Under the pieces are notes generated by a model. It did not search any database. It saw only the letters and a list, made by a program, of their open reading frames with translations, and was not told the DNA's origin. Of a stretch of DNA of 34,571 nt, positions 17,587 through 26,979 are shown one piece after another (position 1 is the first letter of the stretch; each line of letters starts with the position of its first letter). The DNA is from Candidatus Hodarchaeota archaeon (GTDB lineage Archaea > Asgardarchaeota > Heimdallarchaeia > Hodarchaeales > Hodarchaeaceae): the NCBI GenBank assembly GCA_016839785.1, contig JAEOTQ010000194.1, positions 1 through 34,571 of the forward strand, given 5' to 3'. A program made the position numbers and the translations under genes.

Positions 17587-18282
17587 GTGAGAAAAATGAA
17601 CGAACATCAAGAATCTCAAGAAAACAAAGAGGAAGAAGAATCTCAGGAAACTGAAGAAGTAGAAAAAACTGAAGAAGCAGAAAAAACTGAAGAAGCAGAA
17701 AAAACTGTAGAAGCTGAAGTGACTGAAACTCCCTCTGAAACATCCTCTGAAAACCCACAGGGCACTGAAGAAACCCTTAATGTGATGAAAATTAGTGAAT
17801 TAGCTCCATTCGAAAGAAAGCTTCAAGTTATATTCTGTGTTGTCGAAAAAGGCGAATCTCGGACAATTGTCAGTAAGAAAACTAATGAAGAGCATAATCT
17901 TGCCGATTTAAAGGTAGGAGACGAAACGGGAACAATTACATTGACACTCTGGGACGAAACAATTGACCGTGTTACTGAAGGCGGAACCTTTATCCTAAAA
18001 AATGGATATGTAAATGTCTTTCAAAGCCAAATGCGTCTAGCTCTCGGTAAATGGGGTTCAATTGAGGACACAGAAGACGTTATCGCACTTGATGATGTTA
18101 ACACAGAAAATGATCGATCAAAAGAACAACATGAAGATCGAAGACGGCGACCACGATCATTTGATCGTGGTGGTGGTGGTCAACGTAGATCCTCATATGG
18201 CGGTGGAAAATCCTATCGAGGTCGCGATAACTCAGGTTATCGGGGTCGATCAGATCATTCAGAACAACAAGATCGTTGGTAG
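17587..18282 (+). CDS. ssb: Single-OB-fold ssDNA-binding protein (crenarchaeal SSB / hSSB1 type) with acidic N-terminal extension and RG-rich tail
   Basis: VGDETGTITLTLWD and LKNGYVNVFQSQMRLALGKWG form the OB core. The start may be ATG 17596. Confidence 0.85.
   Translation: MRKMNEHQESQENKEEEESQETEEVEKTEEAEKTEEAEKTVEAEVTETPSETSSENPQGTEETLNVMKISELAPFERKLQVIFCVVEKGESRTIVSKKTNEEHNLADLKVGDETGTITLTLWDETIDRVTEGGTFILKNGYVNVFQSQMRLALGKWGSIEDTEDVIALDDVNTENDRSKEQHEDRRRRPRSFDRGGGGQRRSSYGGGKSYRGRDNSGYRGRSDHSEQQDRW
17650..17714 (+). repeat. 18-bp in-frame tandem repeat (about 3.6 copies) encoding TEEAEK
   Basis: ACTGAAGAAG(C/T)AGAAAAA at 17650, 17668 and 17686, with a partial copy at 17704. Confidence 0.9.
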
Positions 18283-18320
18283 ATAATAAACTTCCAATCT
18301 TTTTCTTTTTCTTTTAATTA
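18283..18320 (+). terminator. Oligo-T terminator-like tract after ssb
   Basis: ctttttctttttcttttaatt follows the stop codon. Confidence 0.5.
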
Positions 18321-18388
18321 TCCTTTTCCTAGGCTGATTAACTCCCGATGAATTCACTCGGTTGTTTCTTTCTTACTCTTAAAATTTG

Positions 18389-18829
18389 CTAAGTAAAATT
18401 ATTTCTTATTGTTAAAAAATAGAAAAATAATCCAATTGAAACAATAGGGATAAGTAAGTAACTATAATTTCCTGTTTGAAGAATGTTGATATAAAATTCA
18501 TAGCTTAATAATATGTTAATAAAATTCAGACCGTATAGTATAATAGTCACGAACCAAGCAGCATAATTCAGACTCCACAGACCATAGCCTAGTACGAATA
18601 TTAAAAAGCCGATAAACAGAATAGCTCCTGATAATACACCAAATAACACTCCAAATACGTCAGCAAACGTTGTTTCCAACAACGTGTCAAAATCTCCTCC
18701 TAATAGGCCAAAGGAAAGAAGGATGAAAAACCCACCAGTTAGCATTACTAGTATACCCGTAAGCATCTCTAATAATGCAATCAAACTGAGTAAAATAGGA
18801 CGTTTTTTTGTAACCATTGACAAACACAA
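18389..18829 (-). CDS. Small four-TM membrane protein of unknown function
   Basis: RPILLSLIALLE start, GYGLWSLNYAAW and four hydrophobic helices. The likely start is MVTKK at 18817. Confidence 0.75.
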   Translation of the reverse strand: MCLSMVTKKRPILLSLIALLEMLTGILVMLTGGFFILLSFGLLGGDFDTLLETTFADVFGVLFGVLSGAILFIGFLIFVLGYGLWSLNYAAWFVTIILYGLNFINILLSYEFYINILQTGNYSYLLIPIVSIGLFFYFLTIRNNFT

Positions 18830-19090
18830 GATTTTTTTTAAATTGAGGATTCTAAAGAGCCTTAATCATTAAAAATTTTAAGCTTTCCATCGTCGAGGTT
18901 ACATTCTAAGCAAATTTCTTTGTTTGAGGGATATATTTACCATAATATTAAAATTTTTGAGAGAAATTCAGTTTTTAGAACTTTAACTGAATTGAATTAA
19001 ACTTGAAATGTATTATAATGTTAACTACTTAAACTGCACAGAGTAGCTATTCTTATAATTGCCAAAAATAAAGAATCTAGAATCTACTAA

Positions 19091-20434
19091 TTGGACGTAC
19101 AAAATATGGGAAATACAGTAGGAATTCGATTAGAAGATAAGAATAAATGGGAAAAGAGAACACCAATTGTTCCAAACCATGTGAAAGATCTTATTTCTAC
19201 AGATTCATTGGAATTTGTTGTCCAAACTTCGCCGATTCGTGCGTTTCAAGATTCCGAGTATAAGGCTGCTGGAGCGACGGTATCTCCTGATTTAAGCAAA
19301 GCAGATGTAATTTTTGCTATAAAAGAGGTTCCAGTTGAAGTATTAGAACAAGAAAAGATCTATATATTTTTTAGTCATACAGTTAAAGGTCAAAAGTACA
19401 ATATGCCGCTTCTAAAAAAGATGCTAGAGCTAAATACTACTTTGATTGATTATGAAAAGATTGTAGATGATAGAGGATTTCGTCTGATATATTTTGGTAA
19501 CTATGCAGGACTAGCAGGAATGAACCAAAGTCTGTGGGCCTTTGGACACCGAGTTAAGGATCAATTAGACATAGACACTCCTTTCTTAACCTTAAGACAT
19601 ACCTACGAATACGATGGTTTAGAGGGAATGAAACTCGCAGTTTCAGAAGTCAGGAAGAAAATCAAAAACAAAGGGTTCCATCCTGAATTAGTTCCAATGA
19701 TTGTTGGTTTTGCGGGTTATGGAAATGTCTCACGTGGAGCACAGTCAATATTGGATCTTTTACCCGTCATTGAGCTTGATCCCAAAGAATTACGAGATTT
19801 TTTTGTTAATAAATCTGATGAGTTTTCCTCCAAACATGTCTACAAGGTTGTGTTCAAAGAAGAAGACATGGTTAAGCCAAAAACTGGAGATAAATTCGAG
19901 CTACAAGATTATTATAAGTTTGGGAACTCGAAATATGAAGGGGTATTTGAAGAATACATTCAATACTTATCGATTCTCATGAATGGAATATATTGGAGTG
20001 AAAAGTATCCTCGACTTCTTACCAAGGAGTATGCGAAAGATATGTTTCAATCGAAAATCATGGTAAGATTACAAGTTATCGGTGATATATCGTGTGACAT
20101 TGAAGGAGGTATTGAACCAACATTGATGGCTACGGAACCTGATCATCCAGTATTTGTCTATAATCCATTTTCTGAAGAAGCAAGGCTTGGATTATCGGGG
20201 GACGGCCTTGCAATTATGGCTGTTGACAACCTTCCCTGCGAATTACCAAAAGAATCATCGAATAACTTCTCAAAAACTTTAAAGCCATATATTTCTATCA
20301 TTGCGAAGCCTGACTATACCAAATCGTTTGAAAGTCTAGCCTTACCTCCAGTTATCAAGAATGCGGTAATTGCACATCAAGGACAACTCACTCCAAATTA
20401 TACGTATTTAGAAGAATATTTAGAACAAATATAG
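19091..20434 (+). CDS. Lysine-2-oxoglutarate reductase-like protein (AlaDH/PNT fold; LKR domain of AASS)
   Basis: IRLEDKNKWEKRTP, IKEVP, FFSHTVKGQKYNMPLL, IDYEKI, FGNYAGLAG, GYGNVSRGA, GIYW, DISCD and AVDNLPCELP. Confidence 0.9.
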   Translation: MDVQNMGNTVGIRLEDKNKWEKRTPIVPNHVKDLISTDSLEFVVQTSPIRAFQDSEYKAAGATVSPDLSKADVIFAIKEVPVEVLEQEKIYIFFSHTVKGQKYNMPLLKKMLELNTTLIDYEKIVDDRGFRLIYFGNYAGLAGMNQSLWAFGHRVKDQLDIDTPFLTLRHTYEYDGLEGMKLAVSEVRKKIKNKGFHPELVPMIVGFAGYGNVSRGAQSILDLLPVIELDPKELRDFFVNKSDEFSSKHVYKVVFKEEDMVKPKTGDKFELQDYYKFGNSKYEGVFEEYIQYLSILMNGIYWSEKYPRLLTKEYAKDMFQSKIMVRLQVIGDISCDIEGGIEPTLMATEPDHPVFVYNPFSEEARLGLSGDGLAIMAVDNLPCELPKESSNNFSKTLKPYISIIAKPDYTKSFESLALPPVIKNAVIAHQGQLTPNYTYLEEYLEQI

Positions 20435-20444
20435 ATTATTAAAG

Positions 20445-21809
20445 GTGGAAATTATGAAGAAAATACTAATCTTTGGTGCAGGTATGGTTGCTGGCCCTCC
20501 TGTTAAGTATCTACTAGAAAAAAACTTCCAAGTTATTGTAGCAAGTCGTACACTGCAGAAAGCAGAAGCTCTCATTAACAGTCACCCCAATGGTGTTGCT
20601 AAAGCATTTGATATAACGCAATCGACTGAGGAAGAGCTTGAAGGGCTTATTCGTGAATGTGATTTAGCTGTAAGTCTTTTACCGTATATTTTTCATGTAA
20701 AAGTGGCAAAAGCATGCATAAAACATCATAAACATATGGTTACCACTTCTTACGTAAGCCCAGAAATGAGAGAACTGGATAACGAAGCTAAAAATGCATC
20801 TATCTCAATCTTAAACGAGATCGGAGTGGATCCAGGTATTGATCATATGTCTGCACAAAAAATAATCGATTCGATCCATGAAAAGGGAGGAAAAATTCTA
20901 TCTTTCACTTCTTACACAGGAGGTTTGCCTGCTCCTGATGCAAATAATAATCCATGGGGTTATAAGTTATCATGGTCACCTCGTGGTGTTATCTTAGCAG
21001 GTCGAAATGCTGCTAAATACTTGAAAGATGGTGAAGTTGTTGATATTCCTGGAGAGGATTTATTCGATCATTATCTACCTTTCCCAGTAAATGAGAAGGG
21101 TCCAGGAGATACTGAAGAACTTGGTGTATTAGAGGGTTATCCGAATCGAAATTCTATTGAACCCTATATCGAGGTTTACGGGATACCTGAAACTAAAACA
21201 ATGATCCGAGGAACTTTACGGAATCCAGGTTGGTGTAGAACCATGAAAAAGATCGCTGATGTCGGTTATCTTAATCTTGATGAGCAGGAATTCCCTTCAG
21301 GATTTACTTATGGACAACTACTCAATCAAATGCTTAATAAACCATTAAAGTCAAATTCCAAAGAAAACTTAATGGCTAAATTCAATATTGAAGAAACTGA
21401 TGATATTATCAAACGATTTGAATGGATGGGCCTTTTAGGGGAGAGTGTACTTCCGAAAGACAAGATTTCACCTCTAGATGCACTCTGTCATCAATTTGAG
21501 GAGCACCTCCAATATACTACGGGTGAAAGGGACATGCTTGTTATGGTTCACCAGTTTGAGTATATGATCGATTCAAGTACGGAAAAGATAACCTCAACAA
21601 TGATAGATTACGGAATACCTAATGGAGATAGTTCAATGTCCCGAACAGTTGGACTCCCTGCGGCTATAGGAGTACGTATGATTTTAGATGGGACAATTAC
21701 TGATCGTGGAGTCTTAGTTCCTGTTAAGAAATCAATCTATATACCAGTATTAAAAGAATTGGAAGAAATGAACATAAGGTTTATCGAAAAACTAGAAAAA
21801 GAATTTTAA
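20445..21809 (+). CDS. Saccharopine dehydrogenase (L-glutamate-forming; Lys9 / SDH domain of AASS)
   Basis: GAGMVA, SLLPY, TTSYVS, NEIGVDPGIDHMSA, GGLPAP..NNPWGYKLSWSPRG, YPNRNS, RGTLR and MSRTVGLP. Confidence 0.93.
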   Translation: MEIMKKILIFGAGMVAGPPVKYLLEKNFQVIVASRTLQKAEALINSHPNGVAKAFDITQSTEEELEGLIRECDLAVSLLPYIFHVKVAKACIKHHKHMVTTSYVSPEMRELDNEAKNASISILNEIGVDPGIDHMSAQKIIDSIHEKGGKILSFTSYTGGLPAPDANNNPWGYKLSWSPRGVILAGRNAAKYLKDGEVVDIPGEDLFDHYLPFPVNEKGPGDTEELGVLEGYPNRNSIEPYIEVYGIPETKTMIRGTLRNPGWCRTMKKIADVGYLNLDEQEFPSGFTYGQLLNQMLNKPLKSNSKENLMAKFNIEETDDIIKRFEWMGLLGESVLPKDKISPLDALCHQFEEHLQYTTGERDMLVMVHQFEYMIDSSTEKITSTMIDYGIPNGDSSMSRTVGLPAAIGVRMILDGTITDRGVLVPVKKSIYIPVLKELEEMNIRFIEKLEKEF

Positions 21810-21837
21810 TTCTCTTTTCTCCTTTTTTACAGAATCA
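21810..21837. terminator. Pyrimidine/oligo-T tract between convergent SDH and GNAT genes
   Basis: ttctcttttctccttttttac after the SDH stop. Confidence 0.4.
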
Positions 21838-22632
21838 TTAACCACTTTTTCTATCACAATAAGTGGCATATATCTTTGAATCTTCAACAAAACCTAATTT
21901 TTTATAAAGTTTAATAGCCACCTTGTTGGAATTTTCTACCCAGAGATAAATTGTCGTGATGAGATTATCTATAAGAATTTCTTGACATAATTTTGTCAAT
22001 GTCTTGTGAGAATATCCTTGTTTTCGTTCTAGAATTTTAGTTTCAATTCCCCTAATAATTGCGAATGAATGGGTCTTACTTTGTAAAATATGAGGAGCCG
22101 CGGCGAAGCTAACGATCTCATTTCCTTTTAGATATCCATAGCCTATCCCCCCTTCTAAATGCCTATATCTTTTAGGAATTTTAATACGGTCATTAGGAAA
22201 ACGAATTACGGAATTAAGGTCACTCCATCCAGGATTAAACGTTTCAGTCGAAAGTTGAAAGGTAATATATGTATTAAATGTATTAGTCTCTTCATTTGTC
22301 TCTAGTGATCGAAAATTTTCAAATCTTTCCTGAATACTTGGCCACATTGAGCTATCATTGAATATTAACACAGAATTAGTCTTAAACCATCGAATTTTCT
22401 TCATTAGAGGCCAAATTCTCTCACTTGATAAGTGATATTTGTTTTCATAATGAAAAATGTAATCAAGGGGGTTCAGTGTGAAATTATACGTCACAAGTCT
22501 AGGTGTTTGAGCCAGATACCAGTGAAGGTAACAAGTATGTGATAACGGTTCCTCACGAAAAATTCGAAAGAATTCTTGCTCCTTTTTCTTGCTTGAAATA
22601 CCGAATGGAGGATGGAGTCGATCCTTTACCAT
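21838..22632 (-). CDS. GNAT-family N-acetyltransferase
   Basis: The C-terminal domain has IETKILERKQGYS (motif A) and VENSNKVAIKLYKKLGF (motif B). Confidence 0.8.
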   Translation of the reverse strand: MVKDRLHPPFGISSKKKEQEFFRIFREEPLSHTCYLHWYLAQTPRLVTYNFTLNPLDYIFHYENKYHLSSERIWPLMKKIRWFKTNSVLIFNDSSMWPSIQERFENFRSLETNEETNTFNTYITFQLSTETFNPGWSDLNSVIRFPNDRIKIPKRYRHLEGGIGYGYLKGNEIVSFAAAPHILQSKTHSFAIIRGIETKILERKQGYSHKTLTKLCQEILIDNLITTIYLWVENSNKVAIKLYKKLGFVEDSKIYATYCDRKSG

Positions 22633-22689
22633 ACCTTGAACCTCTGAACCTGACTATATTCTTTGTATGGAACGAAAGATATTAATGTC

Positions 22690-23601
22690 TCACCCATCAA
22701 ATATAGGCGCTTTTTCCTTATTTTGCTCAGAAAGCGGATGTCCTAAATCATAAGATTTACGTAAATGCGCTAAACTGACATGTGTGTACAACTGTGTGGT
22801 TGAAAGGGAAGCATGACCCAATAATTCTTGTATAACTCGGATATCAACGGAATTAGCAAGTAAATGTGTAGCAAAGGCATGTCTAAGTGTATGAGGGGTT
22901 AATTTTTTATCCTGTAGATTAGCTTGTTCTCGATATTTTTTTACTAATCGCTGGATTGATCGTGAAGTTAAACGATCTCCCGATCGATTCAAAATTAGTG
23001 CGGATGTTGATGAATCCTGACGACGGTTTTCCAGGTATTCTTCTATGATTGGTATGAGTACATCAGGGAGAGGAATTAATCTATCCTTATTTCCTTTCCC
23101 TCCAATAATTCTTAACATTCGATTGTCAAGGTCTACACAATCTACATTCAGATTACTGAGTTCAGATACTCGCATTCCAGTACCATAAAGAAGAAAGAGT
23201 ATTGTTCGATCTCTGATATTATCAGGCGTTCTTAGAAGTTGTAGTGTTTCCTCTACAGAGATAGTTTTTGGTAAGCTTTTTGGTATTTTCGGAGATTCTA
23301 TGTTCTCTGCTGGATTGGTTGAGATAAAAGCTTCTTTCTTGAGAAATTTGTAGAATGACTTGAGTGAGCAAATCTTTCGATGAAGACTCCGAGGTGAGTA
23401 TTTTTTCTCTCGCTTTAAGTGTAAGAAGAAACGACGTAAGTCAGTTGTCGTTCTCATCTCAATAGATCGTTCACTATTAAAGGTATTAAACATTTGAAGG
23501 TCATAAGAATATTCTCGTATTGTTTTTGGAGAGTATCCTTTCTCTACTTCTAACCAAACTAGGTAATCATCAATTAGCATAATTTTGAAATTTGACGACA
23601 T
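22690..23601 (-). CDS. xerA: Tyrosine recombinase XerA (XerC/D family)
   Basis: N-terminal SAM-like domain and the full catalytic set: TGMRVSEL, GKGNKDR, HTLRHAFATHLL and LLGHASLSTTQLYTH. Confidence 0.9.
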   Translation of the reverse strand: MSSNFKIMLIDDYLVWLEVEKGYSPKTIREYSYDLQMFNTFNSERSIEMRTTTDLRRFFLHLKREKKYSPRSLHRKICSLKSFYKFLKKEAFISTNPAENIESPKIPKSLPKTISVEETLQLLRTPDNIRDRTILFLLYGTGMRVSELSNLNVDCVDLDNRMLRIIGGKGNKDRLIPLPDVLIPIIEEYLENRRQDSSTSALILNRSGDRLTSRSIQRLVKKYREQANLQDKKLTPHTLRHAFATHLLANSVDIRVIQELLGHASLSTTQLYTHVSLAHLRKSYDLGHPLSEQNKEKAPIFDG

Positions 23602-23654
23602 ACAATATAATCGCGGATAATACCCAGAGACTATCCCCTAATAGTTCAGAGATT

Positions 23655-24170
23655 TTAATCGTAAATTCGATTTGCTAGCTTGGCTCTTCCTTGATCTTCA
23701 TCATAATGAATCAACTCAGCACGATGAAGTTCATGTAGGGAGTGAAGTACTATTGCAGCAGAAAACCCAGTTGTCTTAGTTAGCTCCTCACGAGTCATCT
23801 CTGCTTTATCCCCATGTAGGAGGTACAATATCTTTGCATGGGGTTTGCCTGTGAATACTTTCTCTAATAATGTAATATAGATCCCTAAGAGTTGTTTAAT
23901 ATCTAGAGATGTCTCCTGCTGTCCTGAAAGTTCAGTAAAGAGCTCTGAAATCTTTTTGAACTCACTCTCTAGTGAAATATACTCGAATTCGAGCTGTTGT
24001 TTCTGTAAATTCGCTTGGTTTAATTTTTCTTCCCGCTCCCTTATAGCAGATTCTTTCTCCTCTAATTCCTTCTGAGCTTTGCTAAGATTATTTTCCATCG
24101 ATACAATGGTATTTTTCACTCGTTCTATTGTGGGAATGATCTCTTCTATTTTCAGGGGTTCATCTTCCAT
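23655..24170 (-). CDS. Coiled-coil protein with C-terminal winged helix-turn-helix
   Basis: Heptad-rich E/K/Q N-terminal ~85 aa. The C-terminal KILYLLHG..EMTREELTKTTGFSAAIVLHSLHELHRAELIHYD has a wHTH pattern. Confidence 0.7.
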   Translation of the reverse strand: MEDEPLKIEEIIPTIERVKNTIVSMENNLSKAQKELEEKESAIREREEKLNQANLQKQQLEFEYISLESEFKKISELFTELSGQQETSLDIKQLLGIYITLLEKVFTGKPHAKILYLLHGDKAEMTREELTKTTGFSAAIVLHSLHELHRAELIHYDEDQGRAKLANRIYD

Positions 24171-24360
24171 TGTTGAGTCTACCTCTTTAGCTGTAAATCA
24201 GTCACATAATTAAAAATTTATTGATTGTTGACTAATCCATAATCAGTATTTATACCACACTAATGTAAAAATAATGAAAATTCTAGTAAATTATCGGTAT
24301 AGAAGTTTAGGGTTCAATTGGTACGATTAATTTTTCTGTATTTGATTGAGTCTGTGGCGT

Positions 24361-24672
24361 TTATTCTCCCTTAAATGAAAGAAACTCTAGCAGTGCAATA
24401 ATAGGTGCGAAAATCATCCCCATAATCCCTATAGTTGATGTATACCATTCTTTCTCCGATTCATCAAAGAATTCTGGTTTAAATTTTCCGTAATAGGAAA
24501 TTATCCATACGGGAAATGCATACAAATAACAAACTGTCAACATAAATACTGACTCTGGAAGAAATTGTGGTACCCAAGATAGACTAACTAACCAGTCTAA
24601 GAGTTCTGGAAAACGAAGATATTCGGAAAAAAACTCTAACTGATAAGCTTTGTTAAACATAAACACCTCCAT
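24361..24672 (-). CDS. Small hypothetical membrane protein
   Basis: Two or three hydrophobic segments. The likely start is MFNK, preceded by GGAGGTG. Confidence 0.6.
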   Translation of the reverse strand: MEVFMFNKAYQLEFFSEYLRFPELLDWLVSLSWVPQFLPESVFMLTVCYLYAFPVWIISYYGKFKPEFFDESEKEWYTSTIGIMGMIFAPIIALLEFLSFKGE

Positions 24673-24792
24673 ATCACTAATAGAGGGAAGAAGTGGTAAA
24701 AATAAACGTTAGGAGTGTATATTTATCTAATGAAGTAGTTCTCCTCATAGTTAATCATTCCTCCTTTGTAGAAGAAACATATTCTTCACCAG

Positions 24793-25725
24793 TTAATATG
24801 GATTGAAGAGAATTAAATATCCAGGTGAGTTAAAAAAGTGTGGTAATGAATGAATCGGTTCTTCCTCCCATATCCTACGGGTCGGATTATGAATTAAAAG
24901 GGATTCAGAATAATTCCACGAATGTTTCATTTCATCAGTCAGTTCAACGATTGGTTTATTCAGTGATTCACTTAATTTGTAAAATCTAGCTAGTTTATAC
25001 AGAGAGATAAATAAGACTTCAATATTGAAAGTGGCTAATACTTTTTCAACTTCTTGGAGAATAATATTCTTTGTTTCTTCAGGATTGGCCTCCATATCAG
25101 GCCAATTAGGAGTGAAAATTTGTCTATATTCAATAAAATCACCAATATTCAGACGGGAGATGTTAAATTTTTTTGGGAAAAAATCATTCTGATCCTTTAC
25201 TACTCCTGTGGCAATTTTAAGGTCAGTTGGGAAGTTATTACCCCTTTTTAAAGAAATTTTACTTGAATTTGGTAAAAAACTTGTGCTCGCATCTATGTCA
25301 TGTCCTTGACTCGAAGTAGGATGTGAGTTCTTATCCGTCAGTAAGGAATAACGTGTAAATGGTTCAAAATCTTTCTCCTTTGATTGTTCTCTGAACCGTA
25401 ATTTTGGTAGTTCAGTAAAATCAAGATTGGTACCAATGATTGAAAGTTTTAGTTTTTCTGCTATAGGGAAGAAGAATTGAGCCGAATTGAGTGCGGTAGC
25501 CCCATCGCAAATATAGAGTAGGTCTAATGAACAGCGAGGATAATTTTCTTTCTTAAAATCGTCAGTAAATTTGCGGGAAATAACTGAATAACGGGGAAAC
25601 CCTAGAAATTCACGGTAAAGCTTATGCTTATGGGTTCTAAAAAACGAATAATCAGGCATGCAAAGCAATTTCCGCTTTTCAGAGGGAGTAAAAATACCTT
25701 GATCAATTAAGAGAGTTTCTAACAA
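24793..25725 (-). CDS. Hypothetical protein
   Basis: Long open frame (310 aa) in AT-rich DNA. No motif recognised. Confidence 0.6.
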   Translation of the reverse strand: MLETLLIDQGIFTPSEKRKLLCMPDYSFFRTHKHKLYREFLGFPRYSVISRKFTDDFKKENYPRCSLDLLYICDGATALNSAQFFFPIAEKLKLSIIGTNLDFTELPKLRFREQSKEKDFEPFTRYSLLTDKNSHPTSSQGHDIDASTSFLPNSSKISLKRGNNFPTDLKIATGVVKDQNDFFPKKFNISRLNIGDFIEYRQIFTPNWPDMEANPEETKNIILQEVEKVLATFNIEVLFISLYKLARFYKLSESLNKPIVELTDEMKHSWNYSESLLIHNPTRRIWEEEPIHSLPHFFNSPGYLILFNPY

Positions 25726-25866
25726 AGTAAGTCATTTAATTATCTGACGTTATTTAAATTCTTTTAGATTAGTATTGCAGAGGGAATTCATTTTTACTTT
25801 CACTGTAAATCAAATTCTGTAAGATTAAAGATTTCATTGCGAAGGTTGGTCAAGAGGGTCATTTAA

Positions 25867-26880
25867 ATGAGCGACTATGAGTTAGAAATTGATCAAATTG
25901 TTCAGAAGATTCGTGAAAATAGTTATAATTCAGTCCTAATTCAATTCCCAGAGGGTATGCTAGATAAACCCTTGAAAACGATTAAAGAAACACTTTCAAA
26001 AGAAAACATAAAAGTGTATGTTGCAGGAGATCCTAGCTATGGCGTCTGTGATCTGGCAGTTGACTTAGCCAAGAAACTCAAGTGTGAATTATTGATCCAT
26101 TTCGGCCATTCGGAATTTGGTTTTCAAAATCAGGTAAACTCTGCTTTATCAGAGCCAATTGATGTAATCTTGGTACCAGCATATTATCTTTCGCCACAAG
26201 AGTTAGATTATACCCCAATTATCAGAGAAATTAAGAAAAGGAACTGGAAAACTGTTGGTTTGGCGGCAACAATCCAGCACATTAAAAATTTGGACAAATT
26301 AGAAGAAATTCTTGTGAATAAGAATATTACAGTTAATAGATATAATACCGGTCAAGTTCTAGGATGTCATGTTACCACCCTCCATAAAAGTAATAATGTC
26401 TCTGATGGATTTATTAGCGTCCATGCCGGTTATTTTCATACCCATGGGTTTTTACTAAATACTAATAAACCATTAATCCAGTTCGATCCATATAGTGGGA
26501 GTATTACATGCTACGAGGAGCTAGATCACGATAAAGTGGTTCAAAAGCGTTTTGCATTACTTACTCAGGCAAAAAAAGCGAAATACTGGGGTATCCTTGG
26601 AAGTTCAAAACTTGGTCAGCTTAATTTGAAAATGATTTCTAATGTGCAATCATTATTAGCGGAACGTGAGTTACCCAGCATAACCGTTGTAGCTGAAAAC
26701 ATAAACCCACATGTATTAGCAAACTTCAGTTATATTGATGCATGGGTTGTAACCGCCTGTCCTCGCCTTGCTATTGATGATAAAATTCGTTTTAACAAGC
26801 CTGTTGTTACATTTAGAGAATTTCTCTGTATATTTGATCAAGTGAAATGGGAAAATTTACTAGAACAGGGATTCTTTTAG
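25867..26880 (+). CDS. dph2: Diphthamide biosynthesis enzyme Dph2 (2-(3-amino-3-carboxypropyl)histidine synthase)
   Basis: IQFPEG, SYGVCD, IHFGHS, TIQH, GQVLGC, KLGQ and TACPRLAIDD. All three Fe-S cysteines are present. Confidence 0.93.
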   Translation: MSDYELEIDQIVQKIRENSYNSVLIQFPEGMLDKPLKTIKETLSKENIKVYVAGDPSYGVCDLAVDLAKKLKCELLIHFGHSEFGFQNQVNSALSEPIDVILVPAYYLSPQELDYTPIIREIKKRNWKTVGLAATIQHIKNLDKLEEILVNKNITVNRYNTGQVLGCHVTTLHKSNNVSDGFISVHAGYFHTHGFLLNTNKPLIQFDPYSGSITCYEELDHDKVVQKRFALLTQAKKAKYWGILGSSKLGQLNLKMISNVQSLLAERELPSITVVAENINPHVLANFSYIDAWVVTACPRLAIDDKIRFNKPVVTFREFLCIFDQVKWENLLEQGFF

Positions 26881-26889
26881 TAATTCGTT

Positions 26890-26918
26890 ATCTGAGGATA
26901 AAAGATCGATCCTCGGAT
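26890..26918 (+). terminator. Stem-loop downstream of dph2
   Basis: ATCTGAGGAT pairs with ATCCTCGGAT (10 bp, one G-U) around a 9-nt loop, followed by TGTTTT. Confidence 0.4.
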
Positions 26919-26979
26919 TGTTTTACTAGATCTGTTTTTATATCTAGAGGTATTCTAGTACATGTGTAAACGTTAGATA

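Noticed and set aside
17650-17714. Tandem repeats as a CRISPR array
   Set aside because: There are no spacers, the repeat is in-frame coding sequence, and no cas genes are present.
18999-19026. Resemblance to a bacterial dif site (TAATGTTAACT arm)
   Set aside because: The other arm does not match and there is no inverted symmetry. The AT-rich promoter context explains it.
23613-23637. GGATA...TATCC inverted repeat upstream of xerA as a dif site
   Set aside because: It has 5-bp arms and a 12-bp spacer, which does not fit the 11-6-11 architecture.
22690-25725. Integrated element bounded by the tyrosine recombinase
   Set aside because: The protein looks like housekeeping XerA. No tRNA, att repeats, or viral/plasmid genes were seen.
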